Source: Phyllosticta citribraziliensis (lineage: Eukaryota). Taken from it: DNA of 64,000 bases. Below are positions 26,325 through 38,007 of the stretch, in pieces. The position numbers were made by a program, and so were the translations under genes. Every line of letters begins with the position of its first letter. Positions within the stretch are counted from its first letter, which is position 1. The DNA lies in NCBI RefSeq assembly GCF_038025025.1, contig NW_027117343.1:558001-622000 (forward strand). The letters run 5' to 3'. A model generated the notes under the pieces. It saw only the letters and a list, made by a program, of their open reading frames with translations. It did no database searches and was not told the DNA's origin.

Positions 26325-27963
26325 TCTGGTCGCTTTGCGTCTTTGAGTTTTGTTTCTTGTATATATTTGGTCTTTCTTTGTTTCTTGCAGGTTGGATTAA
26401 TTCTTGGTGGTTGTCTTGTCTTGGGATTTTCTTTGGTTTTCATTTCCGTATGCGTTTCCTTGGGCCTTAGACTTTGTGTGTTCTCATCTCATCTTTGTAT
26501 ATCTGAAACAATTCACGCTCTTCATTTTATCTTTTGAATCAAACGATGCCGCCTTTGTGAAACTACTTTTCTCGCCGCGTCTTTCACGGAAACTCAACCG
26601 AATTGCTGAAAAAGTCGCCCTTACCAACAAAAGCATATTGTTGGTACTCCAGACCCTCAGGCTTGGTAGCATTTGAATCAAGCCATCCACAAATCTCAGT
26701 TGGTCGCATAGATGAAGCACGCGTCCGCATCAAGTGATTGAGCTATGGAAAGCTGAATTCCCAGATTCTACACTCAGGAGACGGGAGAAGCTCTCTGTTG
26801 CTATACCACTTGCTTCCTCCACTCCATTCCCATCCACACTGTAGATTGCGCACAACTCCCCAAATTATTCTATTTGCTGGACATGTCTGATATGCCTTGC
26901 CACCTTCGAGCCATTGAGTCATCGAGACGCGCCTCTCCCTGCATACTGCATACCGCATACTCCGTGCTCCTCTACTTCGAAAAAGCACAGCACGTTACAG
27001 CCCAGAAAGCCTGATTCGTATCCGGCTTATGCGTGAATCTCACTCTTACAGTGTGGTGCTGCGTCAGCAAAGCCACCGACGGTCTAGACTCAATCAAAGC
27101 CAAGCGACAATTTTGCTTTGTGGTGTTGAAGCCGGCGACTTGGTTAATGATGATAAGCTTAACCAGCTGGGAGATAAACAGCGTGGCATGCTAGAGGGTG
27201 GACAGACAGGTAGAGGTACAGTTGGATGTGAGGAGTCAGGAATAGATAGATGTGATTTGGATTCTTGGATTCTTGGATTGACTTTGTTGTGCACGTGTTT
27301 TACTACATTGAGAGATAGACAAGACTGCAACACGAAAGAGAAAAAGAAGAAGGAGAAGGAGAGAGGAAAACCCTACCCGGCCAGGCAGCAAATTCAACGG
27401 GCACGCCGTGACCTCCAAACAGGACTGACTGGCAAACCACCTGCCTGCCTCCTCACAGCAGGCAACAAACAGCAAACAAGCGACGTCAAGCGCCAGTCAG
27501 GGCAACAGACAAACAATGCCCGCACGCAGACCTATCCGGTCGTACGCGTACGTAAACGCATCGAACGACGCAAACTCAAAGCCAGAAAGAAAGGACGAGC
27601 ACGACGAAAAGGTCAGACGCAAGAAGCATTTGAGTTTAGGTCGAGCCCGCACCGCATACCTAGAACTTACCCACTGTGGCGGAAGGCTAATCCGTGCAGG
27701 GGAGAGGTAAATTAGAGTGAGGGTGTAGTAATCAGGTGGGTAGGACAGGGAGCAACGGGTCAATTGCGAGACGTATTTCGGTCAGCGGGACGGCCAACCG
27801 GTGTATGCGCTCAACCCACCAGGCAGAGACGAAAGTGGTCTGACAGGGCGATGAAGCTCTGAGCTCTGCTGCGATCACCGTGAAGAGTCTAGGTGACGTT
27901 GGAGCGGTGCTCGGTGCCTGAGAATCACGTTACCAGGCGGCGCGCGGCGGGGCAGCTCCGCGC

Positions 27964-27979
27964 TCCGCTCCGGCGCGGA
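27964..27979. promoter_or_regulatory. TCCG-N8-CGGA candidate Zn2Cys6 site upstream of the flavin monooxygenase
   Basis: TCCG CTCCGGCG CGGA, ~280 bp upstream of ATG 28255. Confidence 0.6.
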
Positions 27980-28254
27980 CGCAGCGCCGCGACGCGGAGG
28001 GACGACTCGACGGGGGACGACACGCTGTTCGACGAGACGGCGCTGGACGAGGCGCTTGCGATGCAACCTTATGAGAGGCAGGGCGGCTGCTGCGATGGCG
28101 AGTGTTGGATTGCTCTCACACACGCCCTCGCTGTTGACGAGACGCCCTTTTTTGATACCACATCGTTGTCATTCCCCTGTTGGTTTGTTTGTTTATTCCG
28201 ATATCGCGCGCGAAATACCTCATTTACCCACGTTTCGATTCACGGATTGCCGCC

Positions 28255-29790
28255 ATGAGCTCAGCAACGCAGGAGAAGCAGCGGAAGCCCGACACGCAGG
28301 TGCTGATCGTGGGCGGCGGATTGGGCGGATTGATGCTCGCAGCGATATGCCGGCGGATAAACATATCGTGCAAAGTGCTGGAGCGCACCGCAGAGCTGAC
28401 GCCGGCCGGCGCCGGAATCTCGCTGGCACCCAATGCGCTGCGCGTGCTGGACCAGATGGGCCTGTATGGAGCGATTCAGGAGCACGGCCAGAAGCTGCGC
28501 AGCATCAAGATCCACCACAACACGACCTTCTGGCGTGAGCTCGACTTCAACATGGAGCCCTGGTTCAAGTACCCCGTCTACTCGATTGAGCGCCACTTGT
28601 TCCACCACATGCTGTACGAGGCGGCTGGCGGCGACGAGACCGTCGTGCTGGGGGCCAAGGTCGTCGATGTGCTGGACAAGACTGACGATGCGGTGGTGAG
28701 GGCGCGACTGGACGATGGGCGCGAGTTCACGGGCGAGCTGCTCGTGGCCGCTGACGGCATTCGATCCGTCGTCCGCCGCATCCTGGCGCGCAACAGCGGC
28801 ATGGAAAATGCCGCCAATACGATCCGCTTCACCGGGCGCGTTCACATGTCGGGCTACACGCAGCCGCTGGAGCACCTCAGCCAGTCCGACCTGGGCGTGG
28901 GCAACTGGCTGTTCTTCGACGACTCGGTCCTCACCACCTGGCCGTGCATCGAGAACCGTCAATGGTACATTGGTGTCAAGGTTGTTGATCCTTCATCCGT
29001 CAGAAGCGACCGCTCCGTATGGGAGAATACGACCCTCGACACAATCAACGACGTCTACGGCAAGAAGTTCCACCCTTTTGCGGAGCATGGTCGTTTCGAA
29101 GAAAGTAAGTCGGGTCCATCGTGAGCTTCGCTTTCGTTTGTGGCCTGCAGGGCAACCATTCGGCAAGCGAACGGTGCAGCCGAGAGCAAGAATAGGCTGC
29201 ATTGAAACTGAGCTTTGACGCTAACAATCGTCTAGTCGTCAACAAATCCGAGCGTTTCGTGGCGAGCAATGTCTTTTCCGAGCTGTCCTTTCCCACAATG
29301 TCGAGCGGACGCGTCGCGTTGCTTGGAGATGGTTAGTACTGACCTGACCCCCACCCCCTCTGACCGTCACCACCTCCCCCCTGCTCCTACCCCGCAGACC
29401 CTTTCAGCCACCGACACAACGAGACTGATCCTTGCTTTAGCCGCCCATTCAATGACCTCGTTCTTCGGGCAAGGAGCCTGTCAAGCCATCGAAGACGCCA
29501 CGATCCTGGCCAATCTGCTCCACCGCCACTTCCACTCTTCCTCGTCGACCAAAAATATACCAGATGTGTTGAAGAAGTATGCCCGGGAGCGCGAGGACCG
29601 AGCCAAAGCCGTTGCCGACTTTTCGGCCAGCTATGCCAAGATCCACACGGCGAACCTGCCGTTGGGGACTGGACCGCTCATCCGAAAGCTGATTTACGGT
29701 TATGCGCCTGCTTGGGTCTGGATGTGGTACCTGAAGTGGCTTTACGGCTACCAGCCTTCGGTTGATGCGCTGGACAAGAAGAGGCAGTAG
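28255..29790 (+). CDS. FAD-dependent monooxygenase (salicylate hydroxylase-like, group A; PynG-type candidate)
   Basis: VLIVGGGLGG, GAGISL, ADGIRS, and across introns GRVALLGD/AAHSMTSFFGQGACQAIED. Confidence 0.9.
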
Positions 29791-31111
29791 GCAGCAGTAT
29801 TGCGTGCAGGAAATGATGGGTGGGAGAGACATCATGCGTGCATGTCGTGCGGAATGGGGCGGTGAATCATGGCCAGAGAGGTGTCGTTCATGTTGGCGCA
29901 AGTAATTTGGATAATGCAATACCAGTTTGATTTCCACAAGACAGTTGAAAATGGCAATGAAGTGATACTGCATGCCACATGGCGTGGAGCCTCTTGTGTT
30001 GGTATTGGCTGGTTGTGGTCGCCCTGGGATGCGAATCATGGCGGCAGTGGCGGCACGACTCGACAATTGTCGCGCCGAACGTCAATCTCTGGGGGTTGAT
30101 CATTGCGCCAAGCGTTTCGTTGCCCTGGCTAGGCTGATTTCTCTCAGATTCAGCCTTTCGGGTTGAGCCCCATTACTCGGGTCTCGCAGCTCTTGTCAGG
30201 TGTGTGGTGCCATGGCACTCCGTGGTCCGTATGTAGCTGGCCGACGGCACAGCACAACGCGGTCCGTTCCTGGGCTCTTGCGCTGCTCTCTAGGCGTCTG
30301 TCCATCCGTCCGGAACGCGTCTGCGGGGTGGAGACGAAGAAACAGGCGTACGGAGAATCCGGTCATTCGTTTTTGCCACGCATACACGTGAGGAATTGTG
30401 TCGCAGAGAAGACGCGGCGGCACCGATTTCCCGCTTGGTCGACCTCATAATGAGCGCAGTGTCGGTAACCGCCGCTCAGGCCTCGACCCAACAAAGCTTA
30501 ATGGCAGAGTACCTGTGGGACAAGCTTTGAGATTCATACGGATGGACGTTTCCAGTCTCCACCTGACCGGGCGCTCAGAGGGAGGGAACGACAGAGAGCG
30601 AGGTGTGCGCGAGAGGCGCGATTGCGATTCGCCAAGCAAACGGCCCAGCCCGGCAAAGGCGCCCACGCAAAGGTCCAAGGGTCAGCGGCGGACGAGTCGA
30701 GCGGATGTGGTTGAGAGTCAAGGAGTTGGTGAGGGACGAATGAGGGGGGCGCAACGTTTGTTTAAACTTTCGGTCCTGATGCGCAGGCAGGGGTCCAGCG
30801 CTCCGGCCCGATATGCCCCCGGCACTCGGCTAGCCGCATCAGTCTTGGTGCTGCGCGGCTCGGGCCTGCCCCTGCTCCTGCCGCCAGACCTCACTTCATC
30901 CTCTCCCTGGGCTCTCACTCCGTCGTCCCTGGACCCGGACCTCTGTCTTCCTCGCTGCCCCTCGTTGCCCGTCCTTCCAGTGCCCTTGGATCCAGCCTCA
31001 CCGGCCACCTGGAGACTGGGGGGGATCGTTGTCGATTGGACCCGTTCTCGCCTGTTTCTGCCAGGCCGGGAGATGGACCACCTCTTCGCCTGCTGTTGCC
31101 GGCCTGCCTTA

Positions 31112-31153
31112 ACTACTCGCACCCTTCCGGATACTACTCGCACCCTTCCGGAT
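31112..31153. repeat. Perfect 21-bp direct tandem repeat
   Basis: ACTACTCGCACCCTTCCGGAT x2. Confidence 0.9.
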
Positions 31154-31667
31154 CCCGGTTAAAAGTCACTCCGGGCACTCCATTGCGGGCCATGACTCTG
31201 CATCTGCGCACCTGGATGGCGCTGACAAGACATTGGCTCACGACGCTTCTTCGGAGCTCGTGATTGGCAAGTGACCTTGGTGGTGAGGTACTGACGCTGA
31301 GGCTGTCGAAATGATGATGTTCTGCGTCGCGATGACGCTAGCTGAGTTCAACCCCAGCATGGGTGCATGCAAGTCGCCGTCACTTGCAGCATTGCGTGCA
31401 GTTTGCCGCTCGCGGCTCAAACGCGCTTCACCAAAGTTTGTGGGAGTTGCATGTTTGCCAAAGATTCAATTTTTGACCATTTACAGTGTAGAAATCAACA
31501 AACGACTGCCGAGGGTATTTACGTGACAAATTACCAAGGAAGCAAAGACAATCTCTCCAAAAAAGAAGGAAGCGTTCGTAACGTGAAACATGACAAAAGA
31601 GACAGGAAAATTCACTCTCCAAAGAGGGGTAGTCGTAACCAGATCAAGAACAAATGAAAGAGGAAAA

Positions 31668-34316
31668 TCATTCACCGAAGAAAATGTCGTCATAACGAGG
31701 CCACCGAGGTTTCTGGAAGTCCCAACCGTTGGCCCCCGATGTAGTCGCCGTGGCCCCAAAATAATCATTCTGCGGGCTGGTTACAGAATTGCTTCTGAGG
31801 CTGGCTGAGCTGAGGCTGACGGGCGTCATCTGTGGCTCGTTTCCCAACAGTGTGGCGGCAAGATCAGCCTCCGACGTGCCCAGGTACAGCGAAGGAACAT
31901 CAAAATCCTTGGTGCCGGCCGAATCGAAAAATCCAAACGAGGACCCTGAAGCGGAATTCGTGTTAGGAGTCAGTGAGGGCGTCGTCATGCCAGCACTGGT
32001 TGCAATGGTAGGCTGCGAAGTCGTGTTGCAGTAGGCCTGCGAGAGACAAAAGTCGCCATTGCCGTTGAGACCGACAGGATCCGACCCGTCAACCGGCGTA
32101 GACCTCCTCTTTCGGACAGGAAAGTGCTGAAAATTCGGCATCACCGGCGCATCTTCCAGGCCCTGCAGCAGCGGAGAGCCGCACCCACTGGCAATGTACC
32201 CCATGTTGTCCCAAGAGTCAGCCAGGAACTCGGCCATCTTGCGCTTTGGAGATCTCGAAAGGCCCTGAACGGGGGAGCGTTTCCTGCAACGGCTGATGGG
32301 CGTCGCTGACGACTCCTCGCTACTGCTCGAGTCATCGGATCCGTTCGGGGTGATTACTGGAGTTGGTACCCATTCTCCGACCGCCTGGCCCGGCTGTTGC
32401 TGCTCGATCTCAACCCTGTCCCGCTTGCTGCACCCGTAAAAGAAGACGCGCGAAGCTTTGAGGCGCTTCATCACGGGCCGGAGAGACTTGGCTGGAGCCT
32501 CAACCTTGTTTTGGGCGAACCCTTTAACCTGAGTAGCCACCCGGTAGAGCCCTTCAGCATGGGTAGTGATCGTCTTGGTCACGTGGAATGAGCCATTCTG
32601 TGCGCAGCAAGAAAAGAACTCAAAGCCACGGCTACAAGCATCGACAGCTTGCAAGTGAAGCCCGGCTAGACAAGAGTGGTAGCCGGCCTTGGACCCCGCA
32701 AAGTTGATCTGATTCGACTTTTCCATCAGGGAGAGGAGGGCGTCAGCAAAGGACAGGAAGTCCCGCAACATTTGATGGATTTCGACAGAATCGGATATCA
32801 CGGGCGATGAATCTTCCTTTGCGTTTCGTGGAAAGACAAAGTGGATGAGGAGGATGTAAAAAGATGTCAGGACCACCGCCGAGGTGACGTGGTTGGATGA
32901 CTGTTCCTGGAACAACGCGATGCAGTCGGAAAAGACGCGTCGAGCCGTGTTGCACACCTCTGCAGCTTCTTGGTTCTGGCTGAATCTCAGGAGACGCCGA
33001 AATTGGTGAAGGGACCTCTCTTGCCAGTTGGCCGACATGGCCACGCTGTTGAGGTTTTCAGAAGTCTGTGGCCAAGAGGCATAGGCGTGAGCCACTGCTG
33101 AGGCAATATGGCTCAGAGACCAGATTTGGCGCACCATGCGTCGCTGAGATGGCAGTGTCGAGAGGTTCTCTGACGCGATGTCGAGCTTGATTGAGACCGA
33201 CGCGGATCCTTCTGTTGGGAGGAAGCTGGGCGGCAAGAAGGAATGCAAAAGAGGAAGAAAAGGGCGGTCGTCCTGCATGAAAGACCAGAGGCTGAGGGCA
33301 AATGTCGTCCACCATGCATAAGCCAAGAGTTCCGCCTCAATCTGCACCTCGTCAGTAAAAGGGTGGCGGTTGAAGTAGAGTCGACTTACCTCTGCTACTG
33401 AGATCCCGTTGATCCTGCTGTGGGTATCCGGCGCGCTATCCTTGACTGTCGCCATCATTCGACCAGCATACCGGACATAGCATGCAGCTCTGCGCAACGA
33501 GCCTCGGCACAACTCATGCCATGCAAGAATGAGGAGTACCTGGACCGTGGAAAGATCGATTGTCGAGGATGGACGAGATCGGAGTTGATGAGCAGCCCAC
33601 GCTAGCAGCTGCCTGCCACATTCCCTCGCACCCTCATCTTCTTGAGCAAGTTCCGCATCGCCGAGAATGACTGCCAGCAGAGCCTCGTCGATTGGCTTGG
33701 TCTTGGGACCACGGAGAAGCAGTGTCTTGGAGACGATGACGGTGAGAGGGTGCATGGAAAACCAAATGTCAATCATCTGAGAGCTTCGGCGCCCGCTTCC
33801 AACCTCGTAGCGAGCAAGCGGAGGATCGACCGGGGGTGGGTCGAACATTGTCTCGGTTGTGTCTTCAGCGATGCCGCGGCGGCAAAGAGAACCACCGCCA
33901 TTAACAATGTGTTGGCAGCCGAGGCGGCCCAGCTTTACGGCAGCCAGGCCGACAAAGTCGTGGACGAGAAGAGGCAAGACATCGTGATAGTCGAGGTGTT
34001 CGCGGGTGGCGTGCGGTGGCGGCGAGGGTCCTGCGGCCGATGGCGGCGTATACGATGTGGCGAAGTCTGCTTCGAGGTCGGCAGCGACAGTGGTGGTACT
34101 CGAGGAAGTGCTGCTGCTCAAGGGAGAGGGAGTCGAGGTGTTTGCGTCGGACGGCTCAGCCCTGGGTTTTGGAACCTCGAAGTCGTAGACGCAGTCGATG
34201 TCCCTTTCGCGGCACGCATCACAGATCCCATGGCCAGAGCAACGGATCTTCCGGGCGCGACAAAAGCGGCAGCTCCTCCGAAGAGACTGTTTGACTGTCG
34301 ACGTGGTGGTTGTCAT
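31668..34316 (-). CDS. Zn(II)2Cys6 transcription factor with fungal-specific TF domain (probable cluster regulator)
   Basis: CRFCRARKIRCSGHGICDACRERDIDC binuclear cluster; middle homology region; probable in-frame 48-nt intron 33389-33342 (GTAAGT...ACTGAC...CAG). Confidence 0.9.
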   Translation of the reverse strand: MTTTTSTVKQSLRRSCRFCRARKIRCSGHGICDACRERDIDCVYDFEVPKPRAEPSDANTSTPSPLSSSTSSSTTTVAADLEADFATSYTPPSAAGPSPPPHATREHLDYHDVLPLLVHDFVGLAAVKLGRLGCQHIVNGGGSLCRRGIAEDTTETMFDPPPVDPPLARYEVGSGRRSSQMIDIWFSMHPLTVIVSKTLLLRGPKTKPIDEALLAVILGDAELAQEDEGARECGRQLLAWAAHQLRSRPSSTIDLSTVQVLLILAWHELCRGSLRRAACYVRYAGRMMATVKDSAPDTHSRINGISVAEVSRLYFNRHPFTDEVQIEAELLAYAWWTTFALSLWSFMQDDRPFLPLLHSFLPPSFLPTEGSASVSIKLDIASENLSTLPSQRRMVRQIWSLSHIASAVAHAYASWPQTSENLNSVAMSANWQERSLHQFRRLLRFSQNQEAAEVCNTARRVFSDCIALFQEQSSNHVTSAVVLTSFYILLIHFVFPRNAKEDSSPVISDSVEIHQMLRDFLSFADALLSLMEKSNQINFAGSKAGYHSCLAGLHLQAVDACSRGFEFFSCCAQNGSFHVTKTITTHAEGLYRVATQVKGFAQNKVEAPAKSLRPVMKRLKASRVFFYGCSKRDRVEIEQQQPGQAVGEWVPTPVITPNGSDDSSSSEESSATPISRCRKRSPVQGLSRSPKRKMAEFLADSWDNMGYIASGCGSPLLQGLEDAPVMPNFQHFPVRKRRSTPVDGSDPVGLNGNGDFCLSQAYCNTTSQPTIATSAGMTTPSLTPNTNSASGSSFGFFDSAGTKDFDVPSLYLGTSEADLAATLLGNEPQMTPVSLSSASLRSNSVTSPQNDYFGATATTSGANGWDFQKPRWPRYDDIFFGE

Positions 34317-35075
34317 GTTGAGCTTGGTTCTCTACAGACTTAGCCGCACCTGTCCGCAGCCCGTGGTCCCCCAACATAACCTTATATCTCTGGTCTGGTA
34401 ACTGCCCATGCATATGGCAGGGGATCGCGCCGAAGTTCTGGTGGTGGCTGACCACGTTCTCGCTTGACTCGCGGCTTGGAGCGACACGCGGACAACCTAA
34501 AGCCAGTCCATGTCGCGGCGGGACTGACGAGCCGGGGTGCTTTGGATCGACAGGGCACGCTCCCTACATCGGGAATCTCCACCCTCCTCCACCAAACGCC
34601 CGCAACCGCCACTGGAGCTGTGATCAATCCTTTGCCTCTGCTCAACCGCCGCAGGTGCCGACATGTCTAGTGTGTTGCCGAACCACAGGCCATCTCCGTC
34701 TCGCACGGAAACTGGCCCCCCCCACAACTACTCGTACCGAGACACTGTCCATCTTAAAAGTGCTCACCCAAAACGGCCAATCACGAGTTTCGCTATATTG
34801 AGCATTCACCTCGACCCGTGGCGCCGCTCCGTGCGCACAGCTGTGCGGTGTGCCAGGACTCAGTCGAAACCATGTATGCTTTACGAGCTACAACTATGAA
34901 CCCACAGTGCCTGACGGCGTCGACAGACAGATCCCCCACACATTACTCGGCGTAATAATTGCTACATACACAACAATGTCACCATGACGGGTGATCAGAA
35001 TCAGAAAATCGAGTAATGGGCCACCCTCCACCTGCTTGTCCCATATACTGCTCCCATGACCACACGCGCCCTGGT

Positions 35076-36379
35076 CTACCAGGCGAGATCGGCAATGCCG
35101 ACCTGGAGCTTCTCAAAGTCAAACAGGACGTACTTGTCCTTGGCAAAGGTTTCGCCAAAGTTGCCGGCCACCATGTCGCCGTAGCCCAGCGTGCGCACGT
35201 TGAGTACGCAGGTGCCGTTTCCAAAGTCCTCGACGTAATTGGCGGGCAAGATTTCCCAAATCTTGTCATGGCCGGCAAAAGTGTAGGAGAGCGTGGGGAA
35301 GGCGTCGACTTGGCCGCACTCGACCTCGTAAAAGGACTGCTCGCCGTTGTTGGGCGGCTCGGCTATGGTGATTGGCTTGCCGCTCGTCAACTCGACCAGG
35401 CGCGTGTAGGCGTCCACGGACAGCGGAGCCCCGCGTCCGTAGCTGGCGTGGTCGAAGATGGCGCCGGACCCGACGGTCGTGTTGAGCGCCTGCGGCTCGT
35501 CGCCGATGCTCAGCGAGGTGAGAGTGAGCGCCCAGTAGTTGATGACTGGCGGCGTGTAGATGAAGTCGACGTTGTTGACCTCGGGGAAGACGATGTTCTC
35601 ATACCACAAGATCTCGTCCTTGACCAGCGCTGGGTTGTATCCGCCCAAGGTCTGCAGGCCGTCGGCGCCGCCGCAAGTTCCCTTGAGCGTGTCGACGGAG
35701 CCGTTGTAGCAGTAGTGGAAGGCGACAATCGGAGCCGACCAGGTACCCGCCTGCCAGCCTTGGAAGAATGGTGATTGGTACGAGGCTAATGGTGAGTGGC
35801 ATCATGTGTAAGTTTGTGTTGCTGTATGATCGGCGAGCGGATTGGGGGCCATGTGCACAACTTACCATTGTCATTGGCAAAAACAGGCGAGAGGCCAAAA
35901 ACGCCGTCGAAGGGGTAGTAATCTTCGCCCTGGTCAAACTGAAAGTCGGCGGCCTGGATGACGGTGCGCTGCCCGTAAGGGCCAACGGCAAGGATGTCAG
36001 AGGCGTAGTCGACAGTCAGGTCCAGGTCGAAGAAGAAGTGGTTTGGGTTCCACGTGCGGCTTGGGAAGAGGACGGTCTCGTCCCTGAAGGTCGAAGAGTC
36101 GGCCGTTCGGAAGTACGACTGCTTGTCGTTCAGGCAGGCGCTGGTGTTGTCGGTGCCGTGACAAGTCTCTGTGATGAGGTACTGGCTGATCCATGTCCAG
36201 TCGACAAAGACGGTAACGTTCTGCGGTGGCGTGCCAACTGTGATGGAGTCCTTTGCTAGGAAGCCAAACGAATTCCATGTCAGTGGCAATTCCCACGACC
36301 TCGCCTGGGTTGGTGCAGCCGCTACACGGCCCAAACCGCCTAGTGCGAAAAGGGCTTGGAGGAGGCTGGGTGACTTCAT
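35076..36379 (-). CDS. Secreted pepsin-fold aspartic-protease-like protein with atypical catalytic motifs (PynH/PytH-type candidate)
   Basis: Signal peptide MKSPSLLQALFALGGLGRVAA; ITVGTPPQ, DGVFGL, LGGY, YW.L.L, Y.V.C, FP.L...F, YVLFD....VGIA; catalytic positions read VDWTW and FDHAS rather than DTGS/DTGT. Confidence 0.82.
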
Positions 36380-36491
36380 GGTGGAACGATATTGTGAGTC
36401 TTGTCTGGAGTTGGTGCCATCGTCGCGTTCCAATTCCAGCTAATTATCAACTCGATACAAAATTGTGCAAGTTGAGGGGCCTCCGGGTGTG

Positions 36492-36507
36492 TCCGCTCGC
36501 AGGCGGA
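36492..36507. promoter_or_regulatory. TCCG-N8-CGGA candidate Zn2Cys6 site (variant ACCG-N8-CGGA at 36549-36564)
   Basis: TCCG CTCGCAGG CGGA in the protease-like/thioesterase bidirectional promoter. Confidence 0.65.
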
Positions 36508-36725
36508 GCAGACGGAGCGGCGGGCGGAACCGCATCGGCGTGCTCTGTACCGCGACTCAGCGGAGCACCCCCTGCCAGGCATGGAATCATTTTTTCTCTG
36601 CTTCTCTGGATATCAAAACTACCGCGCGTGCGGCACCTTGGAGAGCCGCAAACCTTGCGACTCAAAGACTAACTCTATTCTTCACCACCCTACCTCTCAA
36701 GTCAGCCGCATACAAGGACAGAACA

Positions 36726-37613
36726 ATGGAGACCATCGAGCTTCTGCAGGGCAGGACCGACTCTAACCTTACGCCTCTCTTCCTGGTGCATGCGGTTTCC
36801 GGGCTTGCACTTCCATACTTTGCCCTCGGCCCTCTTGATTCCAGCGACCAGGCGCGGCCAGTCTACGGCATCACGTCGCCGACGTACAGCGATCTCCGTT
36901 ACCAGCTTCCATCGTCTCTCGACAGACTCGCCGCAGAGTATGTCAGTCGAATCCGCCGCGAGATCCAACCGACAGGGCCATATCTGCTGGGGGGCTGGTC
37001 GATGGGCGGCATGATTGCCGTCAAGATGGCTCAGATTCTCGAAGCCATGGGACAAACGGTGCGACGCGTCATCATGGTCGACTCCGCAAACCCAGACACG
37101 ATGAGCCAGCTGCGCAAGTCGCCCGAGCTCGATGCGCGCGCCAACGGCCTGTTCGAGGCCATCGCCAGGCGCATGCCCGGCTTCAACGTCGACTACGACA
37201 GCTCTTCCTGCGCCTGCTCCGTCTGCTCGTCCTGCAACTCGTCCTGCGTCTCGCAAGACGGCTTCGAAGACGCGCTCGAGGACGAGATCGACCTGCTGGA
37301 CCGCGACCTCATCCTTTGCCGCATGCGGCAGCACATCAAGAACGGCCTCGAAATCATCTCGCAAGCCGGCCACGAAGGCTTCCTGCGGCGCAAACTGTCG
37401 ACTGGGGTGATTCTCGTGCGATGTACGACGTTGAAGGCGCCGTACCGGCGAGCGCTCCCGTCCAAGCACAGAGGAACCATGGGGTGGAAGGCGAGCGACT
37501 TTGGCGGCGGACTGCAAGTCATCGACTTCAGCGGGGATCACGACGGGGCGTTTGACCGCCACAACGTCGGTGAGCTGACGGAAATCCTTAGGCGCGTTGT
37601 GTCTTCACTTTGA
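36726..37613 (+). CDS. Stand-alone thioesterase (alpha/beta hydrolase; PynI/PytI-type release enzyme candidate)
   Basis: PLFLVHAVSG, GPYLLGGWSMGG nucleophile elbow, MVDS, GDH catalytic His; intronless. Confidence 0.9.
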   Translation: METIELLQGRTDSNLTPLFLVHAVSGLALPYFALGPLDSSDQARPVYGITSPTYSDLRYQLPSSLDRLAAEYVSRIRREIQPTGPYLLGGWSMGGMIAVKMAQILEAMGQTVRRVIMVDSANPDTMSQLRKSPELDARANGLFEAIARRMPGFNVDYDSSSCACSVCSSCNSSCVSQDGFEDALEDEIDLLDRDLILCRMRQHIKNGLEIISQAGHEGFLRRKLSTGVILVRCTTLKAPYRRALPSKHRGTMGWKASDFGGGLQVIDFSGDHDGAFDRHNVGELTEILRRVVSSL

Positions 37614-38007
37614 GGCTGGACTGGGGTTGGCATATAGGCGGGCAGCATGATTCGGTAGGTTTTGTTTTGGTTTTCGTTGCCATTGATGGAGTCTGGGGGT
37701 TTGGGCGGTTTGATGATTCATGTTTGGGCATTTCTTTTGTTCGAGAAACACATGGGCGGCGTTTGGGGTTCCCGATGGAACGAGTTTAGAACGTTGTGAA
37801 GTGCAAAAAAGAGTTTTATCCAAGCCGGCTGCCAAGTGGTGATTGTTGTGCTGTGTCGGTGCTCATGGCCGCTGACAAGGGCACCCCTGCAGTCGGCAGC
37901 TTTTGAGACATGGCGAGCCACGAGCTTCGGGTTGCGAGGCGATTGGAGCTGACCGACAAAAAGCCACTTCTATTATCTAACTAAAACTACGAAACGATTT
38001 TGTCTGC

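Noticed and set aside
26330..27900. ORFs in the spacer after the PKS-NRPS (e.g. 27029-27715)
   Set aside because: Low-complexity, no recognisable motifs or coding-like codon bias; a small spliced gene or ncRNA cannot be excluded.
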